Assembly (NCBI GenBank): GCA_965197745.1 | Contig: CBDANS010000007.1 | Coordinates: 448,001 to 512,000 of the forward strand | Length of the DNA stretch: 64,000 bases | Direction of reading: 5' to 3' | DNA from: Opitutales bacterium | GTDB taxonomy: Bacteria > Verrucomicrobiota > Verrucomicrobiia > Opitutales > PNEW01 | In this document: piece by piece, positions 10,573-22,274 of the stretch | Layout: every line of letters starts with the position of its first letter | Position numbering within the stretch: the first letter of the stretch is position 1 | Notes under the pieces: generated by a model | Seen by the model: the letters and a program-made list of their open reading frames with translations, nothing else | Databases searched by the model: none | Told to the model about the DNA's origin: nothing | Translations under genes and position numbers: made by a program

Positions 10573-13500
10573 ATGAATTCGACAAATAATTCGCTTCTGG
10601 AAGATAAGGCCACAGTAAAGACACAGGCAAAACTGTCGGGCGATTCTTATCAATTAACGCAAGCGCGTTTAAAACATTTAATGATAGTAAGTCCGGTTGT
10701 TATATACAGTTGCAATCCGGAAGGAAACTTCGACCTTAAATTCGTCAGTGATAACATTGAAAATCAACTGGATATAAATCACGTGAACTTACTGATGACA
10801 CGAATTTCTGGGTCGACCGCATTCACCCCGAAGATAAAGCAGAGGTTTTCAAGAAATTAACAAAAATTTCTGAACACGGGAACCTCACTCAAGATTACCG
10901 GATTCTGCACAAGGACGGCACCTACAGGTGGATACAGGACGTAATGAGTTTAATTTCTGATGATGAGGGCAGACCCATTGAAATAATTGGATCCTGGATT
11001 GATATCACCCAACAAAAGGAAGCGGAGGAAAGGCTGAGGCAATTAAATAATGAATTGACGGATAAGGTCAGTATAAGGACGTCTGAGCTAAAAAAATTAA
11101 ATCACGCTTTAAAACAGGAAATAAAGAGACGGGAAAAAACGGAAAAGGACTTGAAGTCTTCAGAAAACATATATCAGGACCTTATTGATAATGCAGATGT
11201 TTTCATGACGGCGCTCAGCAAGGAAGGCGTGTACTTTGCAACCAGTGAAACCAACGCGAATCGATTAATAGAAGGAGCTAAACCTGAAGATATCATCGGT
11301 AAATGTCTTTACGACTTTCATCCAAGAGAACGAGCCGACAAATACATGGAGGAGATACGCGAAATTTGCTGAACCGGTAAAAGAAGCATAAGCGAGCGGC
11401 TTGTTCCACGCCAAGGGGGTGAACGCTGGCATCGGATTAATTTTTCTCCGATCAGAAACGCGAATGATGAAATCATAGGGATCCATGTCCTCAGTTATGA
11501 TATTCATGATTATAAACTGGCGCAGGAGAAACTAGAACAGGAACACAACTTATTCGCACCATAATAGATTCTTTGCCGACCAAAATCTATATAAGGGATA
11601 TTGAAGGCAGGTTTCTTACTATTAACAAAGAGTATGCTCGGGATATCGGTTTAAAGAATCCAGAAGCATCGGTAGGTAAGACACTCATTGAACTTATCTC
11701 CCCTAAATTAAAAGCGTCGATTGAAATATCAATGGCTGAAGACAGAGAAGTCATGAAGACCGGAAAATCGATAATCGGCAAAGAAATATTTAACGAGGGT
11801 GAAGATGGGAATACACATTATATGTCAACAAAGGTGCCCTGGAAGGATAATCAGGGAAAGGTCTTGGGATTAGTAGGATTGGGATTTGACGTTACGAAAC
11901 TGAAGGAAGCAGAAGCGGAACTTAAAAAAGAGTACAAGCTGCGTCGCGCTTTGATCGACAATATACCTGATTTTATTTATGTAAAAGACAGGGAGAGCCG
12001 GTTTATTAACTGTAACCAGGCATTATCAGATGCTTTAGGCTTAGCCTCGCAGGATGAAATAATTGGAAAAACGGATTTTGATTTTTTTCCAGAAGAAATG
12101 GCAAAAAATTTTCATGCCGATGAAAAGAAGATATTCCAGACATTTCAACCGATTATTGGGAAGAAAGAGCATATAAAAGACGTGCATGGAGATGAGAGAT
12201 GGTTTTCGACGACTAAAGTGCCATTGAGAAATGTGGATGGTGAAGTTGAATGGCTGGTGGGAATAAACCGTGATATAACCGAAATAGAAGATGCGGAAGA
12301 GTCACTTACGCAGGAGCGAAACATGCTTCGCACCATGATCGATCAATTGCCGAGTTTTATTTTTGTCAGGGATACAGAAGGGAAATTCATTATCCTAAAC
12401 CAGGCCTATGCAGATTTTCTTCGTTTGGATAATCCTCATGATGCTATCGGTAAAACAATCCTGGATTTAGCCTCAATTCACCTAGTAGAGGATGCTAAAA
12501 AATCGTTGGCCGAGGATAAAGAATTAATTAATACCGGCCATTCAATGATCAATAAAGAGCGTGCTTACAATGATCACGAGGGAAATTCCATATATGAGAT
12601 AACCTCAAAAGTTCCGATTAAAGATAATCAGGGAAAACCTCTTTGGGTGGTGGGAATCTCTCTGGATGTGACCGAGAAAAAACACATAGAGCAGAAAAAT
12701 CGCGAACAGGCTGCCTTATTGGATAAAGCTCATAACGCGATCATTGTTCGCGACCTTGAGAACAGGATAGTCTACTGGAACGCTGCCGCGGAAAACCTTT
12801 ATGGTTATACTGCGGAGCAAGCTGTGGGTCAGAATTCAGAATATATTTTCTACAATAATGATGCGCCGAAAATACCTGAGATGGATCAAGCAATTAAGGA
12901 AAGGGGAGAGTGGCATGGCGAAATAAAGCAATTAAGGAAAGACAATACCCCCATAACCGTGATTTGCAGTAAAACACTGGTAAGGGATGAGGAGGGGAAT
13001 CCCACATCTATATTGATGATAAATTCCGATGTAACAGAACAAAAGAAAATGGAGTTGCAAATATTGCGATCCCAAAGAATGGAGGGTATCGGGACCCTGG
13101 CCGGTGGAATAGCTCACGACTTGAATAATCTTTTAGCTCCCATCTCACTTTCCTCGGAAATGCTATTAAGCAGTAATTCAGATAGTAAAACGAAAAAGAA
13201 ATTGAGTATAATTCTAAGCAGCGCAGAGCGTGCGGCATCAGTCGTTCAGCAGTTAATTACTTTTGCCAAAGGAATTGATGGGAAACGCGCGGTAATACAC
13301 CCAAAGCACAATATAATGGAAATGGTGCAAATTGCCAAAGAAACTTTTCCAAAAAATATAAATATTTCCACAGTTATAGCGGATGATCTATGGACGATTA
13401 AAGGGAACACGACCCAGTTGCACCAGATTTTGCTTAATCTTTGCCTCAACTCAAGAGATGCCATGCCCGGTGGTGGCAATCTCTACGTGATGGCGGAAAA

Positions 13501-14199
13501 TATACAATTGGACAAAAAATATGTAGCCCTGCATCCCGAAGCAAAAGCAGGACCCTATGTCGTTATTGAAATTGCAGATACAGGAATGGGTATGTCCAAT
13601 GAAACCTTAAAAAATATTTTCGATCCGTTTTATACAACCAAAATGGAAAGTCAGGGAACCGGATTAGGTCTGTCAACTACTCATGGTATTGTAAAGAGCC
13701 ATGGTGGGTTTATTAACGTAGAGAGTGAAGAGGGAAAGGGGAGTCATTTTCGCGTATATATTCCCGCTGAAATTTCCGATAAGATGGATATATCTGTAAA
13801 AGAGAAAACATTTTTACCCAAAGCAAAGGGCGAATTAATTCTCGTCGTAGATGATGAAGCTCACATATGTGAAATGGTAGTCGAAGTATTGGAAAATCAG
13901 GGATATAGCGTCTTGACGGCGGAGGATGGAACAGATGCCCTGGCAAAATACGCCAAGCAGGAAAATGAAGTTCAGGTGGTGTTAACGGATATTGCCATGC
14001 CTTACTTGGATGGCGTGTCCCTGGTTCAAACCTTGTGGAAGTTGAATCCCGACTTAAAAATTATAGTTTCTACCGGTGAAGGTGAGAAAGCTAAAATCCA
14101 GAAATTAAAAATCTTGGAGTAACAAATTTCCTTGAAAAACCCTATAGTGTTGAAGCCTTGAATAGTTCCATCAACAATATACTGTCTTCTGAGTCTTGA
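10573..14199 (+). pseudogene. Multi-PAS hybrid sensor histidine kinase/response regulator with four lesions
   Basis: Frameshift near 10770 (shifted frame gives FWVDRIHPEDK). In-frame TGA at 11370-11372, after which the frame continues as TGKRSISERL...IHVLSYDI. Frameshift near 11550. Frameshift near 14110 (NLGVTNFLEKPY...SES* to 14199). H-box GIAHDLNN, N/G boxes and a receiver domain are present. Confidence 0.85.
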
Positions 14200-14296
14200 C
14201 GCTCTTTCATCAAAGACGGTTTATCATTAGGTGATTGATAGGGAGAGGAATTGATTTCTCCTCTTAATTGGATCCGAGTCCAGTAGATGCTATTAC

Positions 14297-14971
14297 TTGA
14301 GATGGCAGAATATATTATTTGACGAGCATAAGGGAGCTGTTAATCCAGAAATAGATTTCGATCAGATAAAGCAGTATCCGGTCATTGAAGACTTGGCAGT
14401 CAGAAAAAATATTAAAAGAGATTATCAGATTAAAATGACTGAACCTGGCTGTGAAATCAGCTGGGGAAATATTGTATTACGAACGACAGCGATCAATTCA
14501 GCTGACATCACAGCAGACGCGATCGTAATTGAAGAGGATACTTTTCTTATTTTAAGCACGAAGAAAGCCGTTGAGTTAAGCGATAAGAGCAGAATGCAGT
14601 TAGTACGGGATACGGTGCAAACGGTAACGGATTCTCCGGTGCCGGGGTTAGCCTTAGCACGGGGAAAAGCTCCCTACCGGTTTCTCGCGATCGTCCACGA
14701 TTTTAACGAAACGCCGTCCTGGAAAAAAGAATGGGTAAGAGGAGCTCTCGTAGATATCTTTGAAAAAGCGGAGTACTATTCAATCAATTCAATTCGAATA
14801 CCCCTGTTGGCTACCGAACATGGTTCTCTTGAACCTGCGGAATTCGTAAAAATTATATTCGAAGTTTTAGATGATATTTCTTTTAATCGCCTCAAAATCA
14901 TTTTATTGATGGTACCGGAATACGCGATTAAGGAAGTTGTTGATGCTATTTGTGAAATAATGAAATCTTAA
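14297..14971 (+). CDS. Macro-domain-like protein (start uncertain)
   Basis: ADAIVIEEDTFLILS, LAIVHDF, SIRIPLLATEHG resemble the macro-domain fold pattern. Confidence 0.5.
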   Translation: MRWQNILFDEHKGAVNPEIDFDQIKQYPVIEDLAVRKNIKRDYQIKMTEPGCEISWGNIVLRTTAINSADITADAIVIEEDTFLILSTKKAVELSDKSRMQLVRDTVQTVTDSPVPGLALARGKAPYRFLAIVHDFNETPSWKKEWVRGALVDIFEKAEYYSINSIRIPLLATEHGSLEPAEFVKIIFEVLDDISFNRLKIILLMVPEYAIKEVVDAICEIMKS

Positions 14972-14997
14972 TCAGGGGATTCACAATTCATAAATCA

Positions 14998-15744
14998 TTG
15001 CAGCCGAGTGAGGATTCAGAGTCCTTAAAATCAGGCGCAGCGATCGGTGCCGATAAAGAGATTACGAGCAGGTATTGGCACCGGGTTTTAAATATAGTCA
15101 AAATAAAGCTCGTCCGATTAGCTCACAGCTTCGGGATATTTTTTCCACCAGAAGGATTTATCAATTATTTCGAATGCTACAAGTTGTATGAGTTGGGGAA
15201 GAAGATCCCTGGCCCCTTTTTGGAAATTGGCCCCTGGGTGGGGCGATCCACTGCGTGTATTGCACAGGGTATTAAAAAGAGTGGGCAGAAAAAAGAATTT
15301 CATACCATTGATATTGGATTTAGAACGGAAAGAGAATGGGAAGATTTTTTCGGTTCGTCGCTTGATCAAAAAATACCAAAAGTCCGGAAAAGATACCTCA
15401 GACATATATTGAGAGAAGGGGGGTCGATTCAATCGCTAAAGGAGAACCTGATCAACCGTCGACTGGATAAATATGTCGTCGTTCACGAGGGCAATTTCAG
15501 GGATGTATCATTTGAAAAGAAATTTAATCTGATATTCTGTGACGCCACTCACGATCTGGAGGAAATAGAGACGAATATCCCTTTCATAAAAAAAATATTA
15601 AACAATCCGGGGGTATTGGTGTGCGACGATATTAAAACAGGGGAGATGGAATCAAGGTTAAGAAAATATTTTCATTTTAATAAAGTTATAAACAAAAAAG
15701 GTTTTTTCATCGGATATCTTGATGAGAAATTGACGGTCTCGTGA
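14998..15744 (+). CDS. Class I SAM-dependent methyltransferase (Methyltransf_24-like)
   Basis: LEIGPWVGRST motif I, TID, IFCDATH, PGVLVCDD. Confidence 0.8.
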   Translation: MQPSEDSESLKSGAAIGADKEITSRYWHRVLNIVKIKLVRLAHSFGIFFPPEGFINYFECYKLYELGKKIPGPFLEIGPWVGRSTACIAQGIKKSGQKKEFHTIDIGFRTEREWEDFFGSSLDQKIPKVRKRYLRHILREGGSIQSLKENLINRRLDKYVVVHEGNFRDVSFEKKFNLIFCDATHDLEEIETNIPFIKKILNNPGVLVCDDIKTGEMESRLRKYFHFNKVINKKGFFIGYLDEKLTVS

Positions 15745-15839
15745 TCACCCGAGTACAAATTCAGAGATCAGAATATGCTCAAGCAGGTGATTAAATGGGG
15801 TGGAAATTCCTCCTGACACCCACCCGCGGGCGAAAATTA

Positions 15840-16538
15840 CTAATTTTCTTTCGAGTACTTTTCGAGCGCTGCTTTAAGGGGCTTTGCCGATTCAGGGGCT
15901 TCCACTTTATTTCCGAAAAGAATATCACGCATCATCAGGGATCCATCATTATAGTATTGGGCGTTGGATTTGTTGTTTGGTAAAATGAATCCCCCTTTAA
16001 AAGAGGCGCCGGCGTAGAGTCCAGACGCATTACTGTAAACAAAAATCGGAGAACCCGCACCGACTTTTGCCTCAACGCCTGTATCCGCGGGACCTGCGGT
16101 CGCCGCAGCATCAACACCGATTCGGAATTTTGGGGAAGTAAGGACTTTCATCCCTTCCTTATTCATAAGAAGGAAGACATGGACAACACCTTGTGCGCCA
16201 ATTTGTAGTCCCCAGCTTCCTTCGCCAGCTTTCATGAAGGAAGGAGCACCCCATTCGCCGGTCTCATCATCTCTGACCATGGCGATGCCACCGCCAGCTT
16301 TTACACCAATTCCCACCCCGACTTTGAACTGACGCAGGATTATAATGCCATCAGCTTTCTCTAAAATAGTGGCCGGTATTCTCGATTGCTTATCACTCAT
16401 AATAGAATCGAGATCCAAAGCCATGCGCATCATCCGTTGGTCGAGCTTAGACTTCTTGTCAGCCGATAAAGGTACGGTTAAAAAGAGAATCAAAATTAAA
16501 GCGAGAATTGGTAACTTTGCGGCATTAAATGTTTTCAT
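15840..16538 (-). CDS. SYLF/Ysc84 lipid-binding domain protein, secreted
   Basis: Signal peptide; GGGIAMVR..TGEWGAPSF, GSWGLQIG, VDAAATAGP, GLYAGAS. Confidence 0.88.
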   Translation of the reverse strand: MKTFNAAKLPILALILILFLTVPLSADKKSKLDQRMMRMALDLDSIMSDKQSRIPATILEKADGIIILRQFKVGVGIGVKAGGGIAMVRDDETGEWGAPSFMKAGEGSWGLQIGAQGVVHVFLLMNKEGMKVLTSPKFRIGVDAAATAGPADTGVEAKVGAGSPIFVYSNASGLYAGASFKGGFILPNNKSNAQYYNDGSLMMRDILFGNKVEAPESAKPLKAALEKYSKEN

Positions 16539-16611
16539 AATTATATTTAGGGATGATCATCGAAATGCCGCAAGAATATAAATTAATAAAAGGTGATTAG
16601 CATCTTATTCA

Positions 16612-18555
16612 TTATTCAACCGTTGTATTAATGATGATAATAAAAATATCATCTCCAACTTCATTAATGAAATCAGCGTTAATATTCTGAGTCGGTTGCG
16701 GTGTGCCATCTGATTTAAAATTATTTTGGGCGATAAGGGTAGAAAAACCGGCATTTTCAGATCCCTCAGACGCAACGATTATCGATTTTCCATTGCTTTG
16801 CAAAAGGTCCCCTCCAGTGATGCGCATTCCCGGATTATCAGTCTGAATGGTAAAGGAACCTTCACTGAAAAGAAGAAAAGGTTCTGCCTCATTTGAGGCG
16901 TCGATATCCCCTACTAATAATTGTGTTGCGATAGGCACTCCGGAGGCATCGATACCTACTTTACCACTTGAACCGGAGTAGAGGGTATTGGCGGATTGGA
17001 TGCCTCCGATCCCCGTAGAATTTATCACTTCTAAAAGAGTAACATCAGCAACGCCATCATAAACGGTTTCAGGTGGAAATAATGCCTGGTTTACGGCATT
17101 AATAACACCCACCGTAAAGATACTGAAAAAAGAGCTGTTATCAGCATCTTCAATTACAAAACTGGGACGCCCTTTCACATAAGTTATATCCTGGTTGTAA
17201 TTAAGGGGTAAGGCTGGTCCACTAAAAGTATTCGGATTTAAATTAATGGTAGCCGTACCCGCTCCTGAAAATTCTACCTGCACGATATCATCGTTTTCAT
17301 CGATAAATGAAACTCTGGAGATTTGATCTGGATCTGCTCGAAAGGTGATGCTTTGCCCCGTGAGAAGTATTTGGTCAAAAATATTTCCATTGGGATGTTC
17401 AATATTCGTTCCCGCGATGGTGCCTGATCCCTCGATGATAATATCGTCGGCTAAAAAAGTCGCGGTTATCGGGGTGAAACCGAAATCGTCGAAAACGATA
17501 TCATCGATGGAACCTTCTGTGGATTGCGCCGGACTATTGGTAAAAGTTATTTTACCAATCCCCTCTGGGGCCCCTAAAGCTTCAGCATTAAAATCAAAAA
17601 AATCAAAAGGCGTTTCAGTATCAATTCTCATCGTTTGAGGGATATCGCTGGTCGCGGTAAGCAGATTATCATTGATGTCGAATATCCTGATCTCTCCATC
17701 TCCCTCGAGAAAAACAGCAGAATAAAATTGGACTTGAGAGGCGGGAATATTGAAGGTGATAGTTGCTGTCCTGTTATTTTCAACTATCCAGGATCCACCG
17801 ACGAAGGCTTGATCGGGCCCGATGGGAGAAGTGTGATTAAATGCCTGAATGCCAGTCGTAGTAGCGATGCCACCGGTGAAGTTGGCCGTATTAGGCGGAG
17901 AGCCAATGGTAAAATTCCTGATATCGGCAAAAACCGGGTTGCCAATTCTTAACTCAAAATCTTCGAAAACTGTATTGTTGGGCGGACCCTCGACATAAGA
18001 GTATCCCAGATCATCAATGACGAAAATGCCGGGGGCATTAATGACCTTGATCTCCTTTATACCATTGGTAAAATTCAGGTCGGTAACATCGAGAAAATCG
18101 CCACTGAAAGCGACAAAACTCTGGAAAGGAAAATTACTGGTGGGACTGATATCGTTGGGAAAGCCCTCGACAATACCCTGGGGACTCAAGGTCAAAAAAT
18201 TTTTGTCTCTAAGTTCGATGCGTCCGGTGCCGAATGAATTAGCGGCGTAGAACTGAAGCAGATTGACTCCCCTTTCAAAGAGTATTTTCCCCTCCGACAC
18301 CCCGGGGGTGAGGACTAAAGCACGTGATCCAGAGTGAACAAAATTCGGTTTATCAACGGTTTGGATAGTGAATCCTATGAAGCGGACGGTATTCGGCGTT
18401 ACTCCGATCGTGAAATCATCCCCATCTCCCGTGATTGATTCGAAATCGTAAAATACGTCAAGGTCATCCGGAGCTGCAATGAGTAGAGAAGATAATGCAA
18501 AGAGTAAGATCGGGGCTGTTAATAAATATATAATGCGCATGGCTTTAGTAACCAT
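16612..18555 (-). CDS. Secreted surface protein (paralog A): two beta-rich repeats plus conserved ~270-aa C-terminal domain
   Basis: Signal peptide. The C-terminal domain NIEHPNGNIFDQILLTG...DENDDIVQVEFSG...RITGGDLLQ is shared with 46749-48968 and 61774-63999. Confidence 0.8.
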   Translation of the reverse strand: MVTKAMRIIYLLTAPILLFALSSLLIAAPDDLDVFYDFESITGDGDDFTIGVTPNTVRFIGFTIQTVDKPNFVHSGSRALVLTPGVSEGKILFERGVNLLQFYAANSFGTGRIELRDKNFLTLSPQGIVEGFPNDISPTSNFPFQSFVAFSGDFLDVTDLNFTNGIKEIKVINAPGIFVIDDLGYSYVEGPPNNTVFEDFELRIGNPVFADIRNFTIGSPPNTANFTGGIATTTGIQAFNHTSPIGPDQAFVGGSWIVENNRTATITFNIPASQVQFYSAVFLEGDGEIRIFDINDNLLTATSDIPQTMRIDTETPFDFFDFNAEALGAPEGIGKITFTNSPAQSTEGSIDDIVFDDFGFTPITATFLADDIIIEGSGTIAGTNIEHPNGNIFDQILLTGQSITFRADPDQISRVSFIDENDDIVQVEFSGAGTATINLNPNTFSGPALPLNYNQDITYVKGRPSFVIEDADNSSFFSIFTVGVINAVNQALFPPETVYDGVADVTLLEVINSTGIGGIQSANTLYSGSSGKVGIDASGVPIATQLLVGDIDASNEAEPFLLFSEGSFTIQTDNPGMRITGGDLLQSNGKSIIVASEGSENAGFSTLIAQNNFKSDGTPQPTQNINADFINEVGDDIFIIIINTTVE

Positions 18556-18807
18556 TGGATGATCCTGGGCTATTTTACCCTTCCGATTCAGGACAGGGTA
18601 TCAGTATATATTGTTCCTGATGTTGAAATTCTCAAGCTCACAGGGGTATTATAAAGAAATAGTTACTGTTATCTATAGATCTATGAACAAAGAGGTTAAG
18701 TTGCTTACTAAGACAGGACATAAAGATATCTGCCGTTCACTGAAGATGGTCATTTTGACCGAATTAGAATAGATTATGTCGAAAGTAGTCGATAACTTTA
18801 TATTGAT

Positions 18808-19697
18808 ATGATTCTCAGCATAGACTACAGCTACTGTGCAGAAAATAAGTTGAGAGAGAAGACATTGATCATAGCTGCACTACTATTAATCTTAACAGCT
18901 AACGCGTTTGCCCAGGAGACAATCGGGCCCGGGCATCCTGATGAAGCCGCATCTCTCAATAACCTTGCTGTTAAATATTATTTTCGCGGACAATATACAG
19001 AGGCTGAACTTCTGTATAAACGGGCTTTGAAAATCTTTGAATCCGCTTTGGGGGCGGAGCATGCCTATGTTGCCACAACTCTCAATAACATGGGACTTCT
19101 ATACAATTCTCAAGGCAGGTATCAGGAAGCTGAACCATTATTACGGCGGTCATTAACAATCAGGGAGAAAACCCTGGGTAAAGACCATCCCGATTGGGTG
19201 AATGCTTTGGATAATTTAGCAGAGAATTATAAATTACAGGGCAAATATGATGAAGCAGTGCCCTTATACAAACAGGTTTTAGCCATAGATGAAAAAACCT
19301 TTGGCTCACGCCATCGGCAAGTAGCGATTTCTTTAGATAAACTGGCAGAAATATACTGTTCACAGGGCAATAATGGTGAAGCTGAGGCCTCTATCTGAGA
19401 GTATTGGCGATAAGGGAAAAAACGCTGGACCCGAAGGACCCGGAACTGGAAGCTTACCTCAATAATTTGGTCCAACTCTACGATTCGCAGGGTAAATATA
19501 AAGAAGCCGAGCCATACATTCGAAAAGTCTACTTATTTAAGATAAATACGGTGGATAAAGATGATCCGAGCTTGTTAGCGACACTGGATAATATGGTCAT
19601 TTTTTATAAAAAAATGGGCAGGAAATTTGAAGCCCGGAAGTATCAATAAAAGGCTAGAGAAATACGCGCAAGAAATCCCGAGTATTCATCGCACTGA
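18808..19697 (+). pseudogene. Secreted tetratricopeptide-repeat protein (kinesin light chain-like TPR), disrupted
   Basis: 42-aa repeats SLNNLA..Y..QG.Y.EAE.LYKRAL.I. Frameshift near 19392. In-frame TAA at 19647-19649 followed by 15 more sense codons. Confidence 0.75.
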
Positions 19698-19773
19698 AAA
19701 GTGAAAAACCTGTTTAAATTATATATACAGTTCAAAATGTAGAGCATCTGAATCGTAAAAAGAAGCGTAGAAT

Positions 19774-20344
19774 ATGGATACAATGACATTGAACAAAGCA
19801 ATTGTTGAAATAGAAGATGAGTTAATTAACAAGCATCACGAGTTAGTTAATTTAAAAAAGCAGCTACCTCGAGAGGAAGTGAATGATTATGAATTGAAGG
19901 GTCAATATGGTCTGATAAAACTCTCTTCTCTTTTTGGCGATAAAAAGGATTTAATTATAATTCATAACATGGGCGTGAGCTGTCCCCTATTGCACCTTGT
20001 GGGCTGATGGGTTTAACGGGGTATTGCCGCATCTAAAAGACCGGGCAGCGATTGCCATAGTCACCCCTGATAGCCCGGTGCAACAAAAGCAATTTGCGGA
20101 GTCCCGGGGTTGGCAGTTTGAAATGTATTCGGGTGAGGATTTATCTTTTATTAAGGATATGGGTTTCCAGGAAGGAGAAGATTACCTGCCGGGCGTTTCG
20201 ACTTTTTGTCGAGAAAACAATGGCCCCATCTACCGTATTGCAAAATCACCATTTGGTCCGTTTGATCCCTTTTGCAGTGTATGGCATATATTCTCTTTGC
20301 TTGCCGACGGCGTAAATGATTGGAATCCTCAATATAAATATTAA
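19774..20344 (+). pseudogene. DUF899-family thioredoxin-like protein, +1 frameshift in a CCCC run near 19984-19987
   Basis: Removing one C gives SCPYCTLWADGFNG and joins ORFs 19774-20007 and 19997-20344. Likely a homopolymer error or a real frameshift. Confidence 0.75.
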
Positions 20345-20754
20345 TGACTGAATCAATGAGTGACGAAAAAGTAATAAAGTCTGAAGAGGAGTGGAAAAAA
20401 CAACTGACTCCGGAGCAATATAAAGTAACACGAAAGAAAGGCACAGAGAGAGCATTTACCGGCGAGTACCACGATAGTAAAGAGCCCGGCACTTACCGGT
20501 GTGTGTGTTGCGGGAATGAATTATTTAATTCGAAGGAGAAATATGATTCGGATACCGGCTGGCCAAGTTTCTGGGATCCAATAGCTCAGGATAAAATCAG
20601 CACCGAATCGGATAGGAGTCTGTTCATGGAGCGGACGGAAGTCTTATGCAGCCGTTGTGACGCCCATCTGGGCCATGTTTTTGACGACGGTCCCGCTCCC
20701 ACCGGCAAACGATATTGCATGAACTCAGCCGCGTTTAAACTGGAGAAGGATTAG
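20344..20754 (+). CDS. msrB: Peptide-methionine (R)-S-oxide reductase MsrB
   Basis: GTERAFTG, CVCC and CSRC zinc sites, GWPSF, HLGHVFDDGP, RYCMNS. Confidence 0.97.
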   Translation: MTESMSDEKVIKSEEEWKKQLTPEQYKVTRKKGTERAFTGEYHDSKEPGTYRCVCCGNELFNSKEKYDSDTGWPSFWDPIAQDKISTESDRSLFMERTEVLCSRCDAHLGHVFDDGPAPTGKRYCMNSAAFKLEKD

Positions 20755-20836
20755 CGAAAAGCAGCTATGCTGGAGGGAGGTTTTTTTTGATCTTCACGGT
20801 CGAATATAATGCCTCTGTCCCTATAAAAATTGTCCA

Positions 20837-21610
20837 TCATTTTGCTCGTGGGCGTTTTTCACCATAGAGGGTGTAGGCGTTGGCCAGGGTGCCGCCATCG
20901 ACAACAAGCGTATGACCGTTGACATAACTTGCTTCGTTCGAGGCGAGATAAACAGCGGCGGCGGCAATCTCATCGGGTAGTCCAAAACGGTTTTGCAGGC
21001 TCATTGCTATTTCACCCGGCGTGGCATCATCGGGAAGTTCGACATCGATAGGGCCCGGGGCAATAGCATTCACACGAATCCGGTAATGAGCCAGATCCGT
21101 AGCCATACTTCTAGTGAGGGTAATTAAAGCCCCCTTGGCCGCGCTGTAGGCGGTGCTGAGCGTTTGCGGGATGAAACTGTTGACCGATGCGATGTGAATG
21201 ATGTTGCCCCTGCCCGCTTTAGCCATCACCCGCGCCGCCAGCTGAGAACAAATGAATACCCCGGTTTGATTGGTGGCGATGATGCGATCCCATCTCTCTT
21301 GAGTTACTTCAAGGAAAGGTCCGTCTGAGCCTTTTATTCCAGCATTATTGACAAGGATATCTATGGTTTTGAAATGATTGACGGTCTCGTCAATTAATTC
21401 CTCCACCGCTTTTCGCTGGGATACATCAGTCGAAATAAAAAGAGCGGTCCCACCTGCAGCTTCAACTTCATTACAGGTGCGCATACCACTTTCTGAATCG
21501 ATTTCGGCAATGACGACCTTCACACCTTCCCGGGCAAAACGCTTTACGATTGCGCGACCAATGCCAAAACCCCCGCCCGTAACTATGGCAACCTTATCTT
21601 GTATTTGCAT
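20837..21610 (-). CDS. Short-chain dehydrogenase/reductase (SDR)
   Basis: TGGGFGIG, LVNNAG, YSAAK, VNAIAPG. Confidence 0.93.
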   Translation of the reverse strand: MQIQDKVAIVTGGGFGIGRAIVKRFAREGVKVVIAEIDSESGMRTCNEVEAAGGTALFISTDVSQRKAVEELIDETVNHFKTIDILVNNAGIKGSDGPFLEVTQERWDRIIATNQTGVFICSQLAARVMAKAGRGNIIHIASVNSFIPQTLSTAYSAAKGALITLTRSMATDLAHYRIRVNAIAPGPIDVELPDDATPGEIAMSLQNRFGLPDEIAAAAVYLASNEASYVNGHTLVVDGGTLANAYTLYGEKRPRAK

Positions 21611-21796
21611 TGTTTATTGCGGTTTATGTCGGAGGCAGATAACCGATTTATGCATTTTTTTAACAGCCAATGCAATCCAATTGGTCGGAGGTAATGATTA
21701 AATTTGTGCCATCGCTAACTGAATTTATTTTATGCATTGCTATGCCTTACTCCACCGATTAACTTTTAACGTAATAAAAACTTAATTATAAATGAT

Positions 21797-22180
21797 ATGA
21801 ATAATTTTTCACTTTCACAAATTGGGCAGATAGCGATACCGGTCAGTGATCTCGAACGAGCGGTTGAATTTTATCAAGAGAAATTAGGCATGAAACACCT
21901 CTTCACAGTTCCCAATCAATTTACATTTTTCGACTGCGGAGGGGTAAGATTGCTGCTGGGGCTTCCGGAGAAAGAGGGGGATACTAACCGTAAAACATCG
22001 CTTATCTATTACACCGTAAAAGATATTCAAGAGGCTTATGATATCCTAAAGGAACGCGGTGTTCATTTTGACGATGAACCTCACCTCATCGCGAAAATGG
22101 AAGATCACGAATTGTGGATGGCATTTTTCAGAGACTGCGATAACAATCAATTTGGAATCATGGCAGAGGTTAAGCTATAA
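21797..22180 (+). CDS. VOC/glyoxalase family protein
   Basis: IGQIAIPVSDLERAVEFY, FFDCGGVRLLL, LWMAFFRD. Confidence 0.9.
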   Translation: MNNFSLSQIGQIAIPVSDLERAVEFYQEKLGMKHLFTVPNQFTFFDCGGVRLLLGLPEKEGDTNRKTSLIYYTVKDIQEAYDILKERGVHFDDEPHLIAKMEDHELWMAFFRDCDNNQFGIMAEVKL

Positions 22181-22274
22181 ACCCCTTAATCTGCATTATC
22201 GCTTATTCGTTCACGCTTAAAATGTTATATGGTGAATGATAAATCAATCACCTCATTTTAAGTAATCCATCCAG

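Noticed and set aside
11370..11372. Selenocysteine or stop-codon reassignment at the in-frame TGA of the kinase (and TAA/TAG in other genes)
   Set aside because: The position is a non-catalytic PAS linker in a gene with three additional frameshifts. All three stop types appear as lesions and also end intact genes normally.
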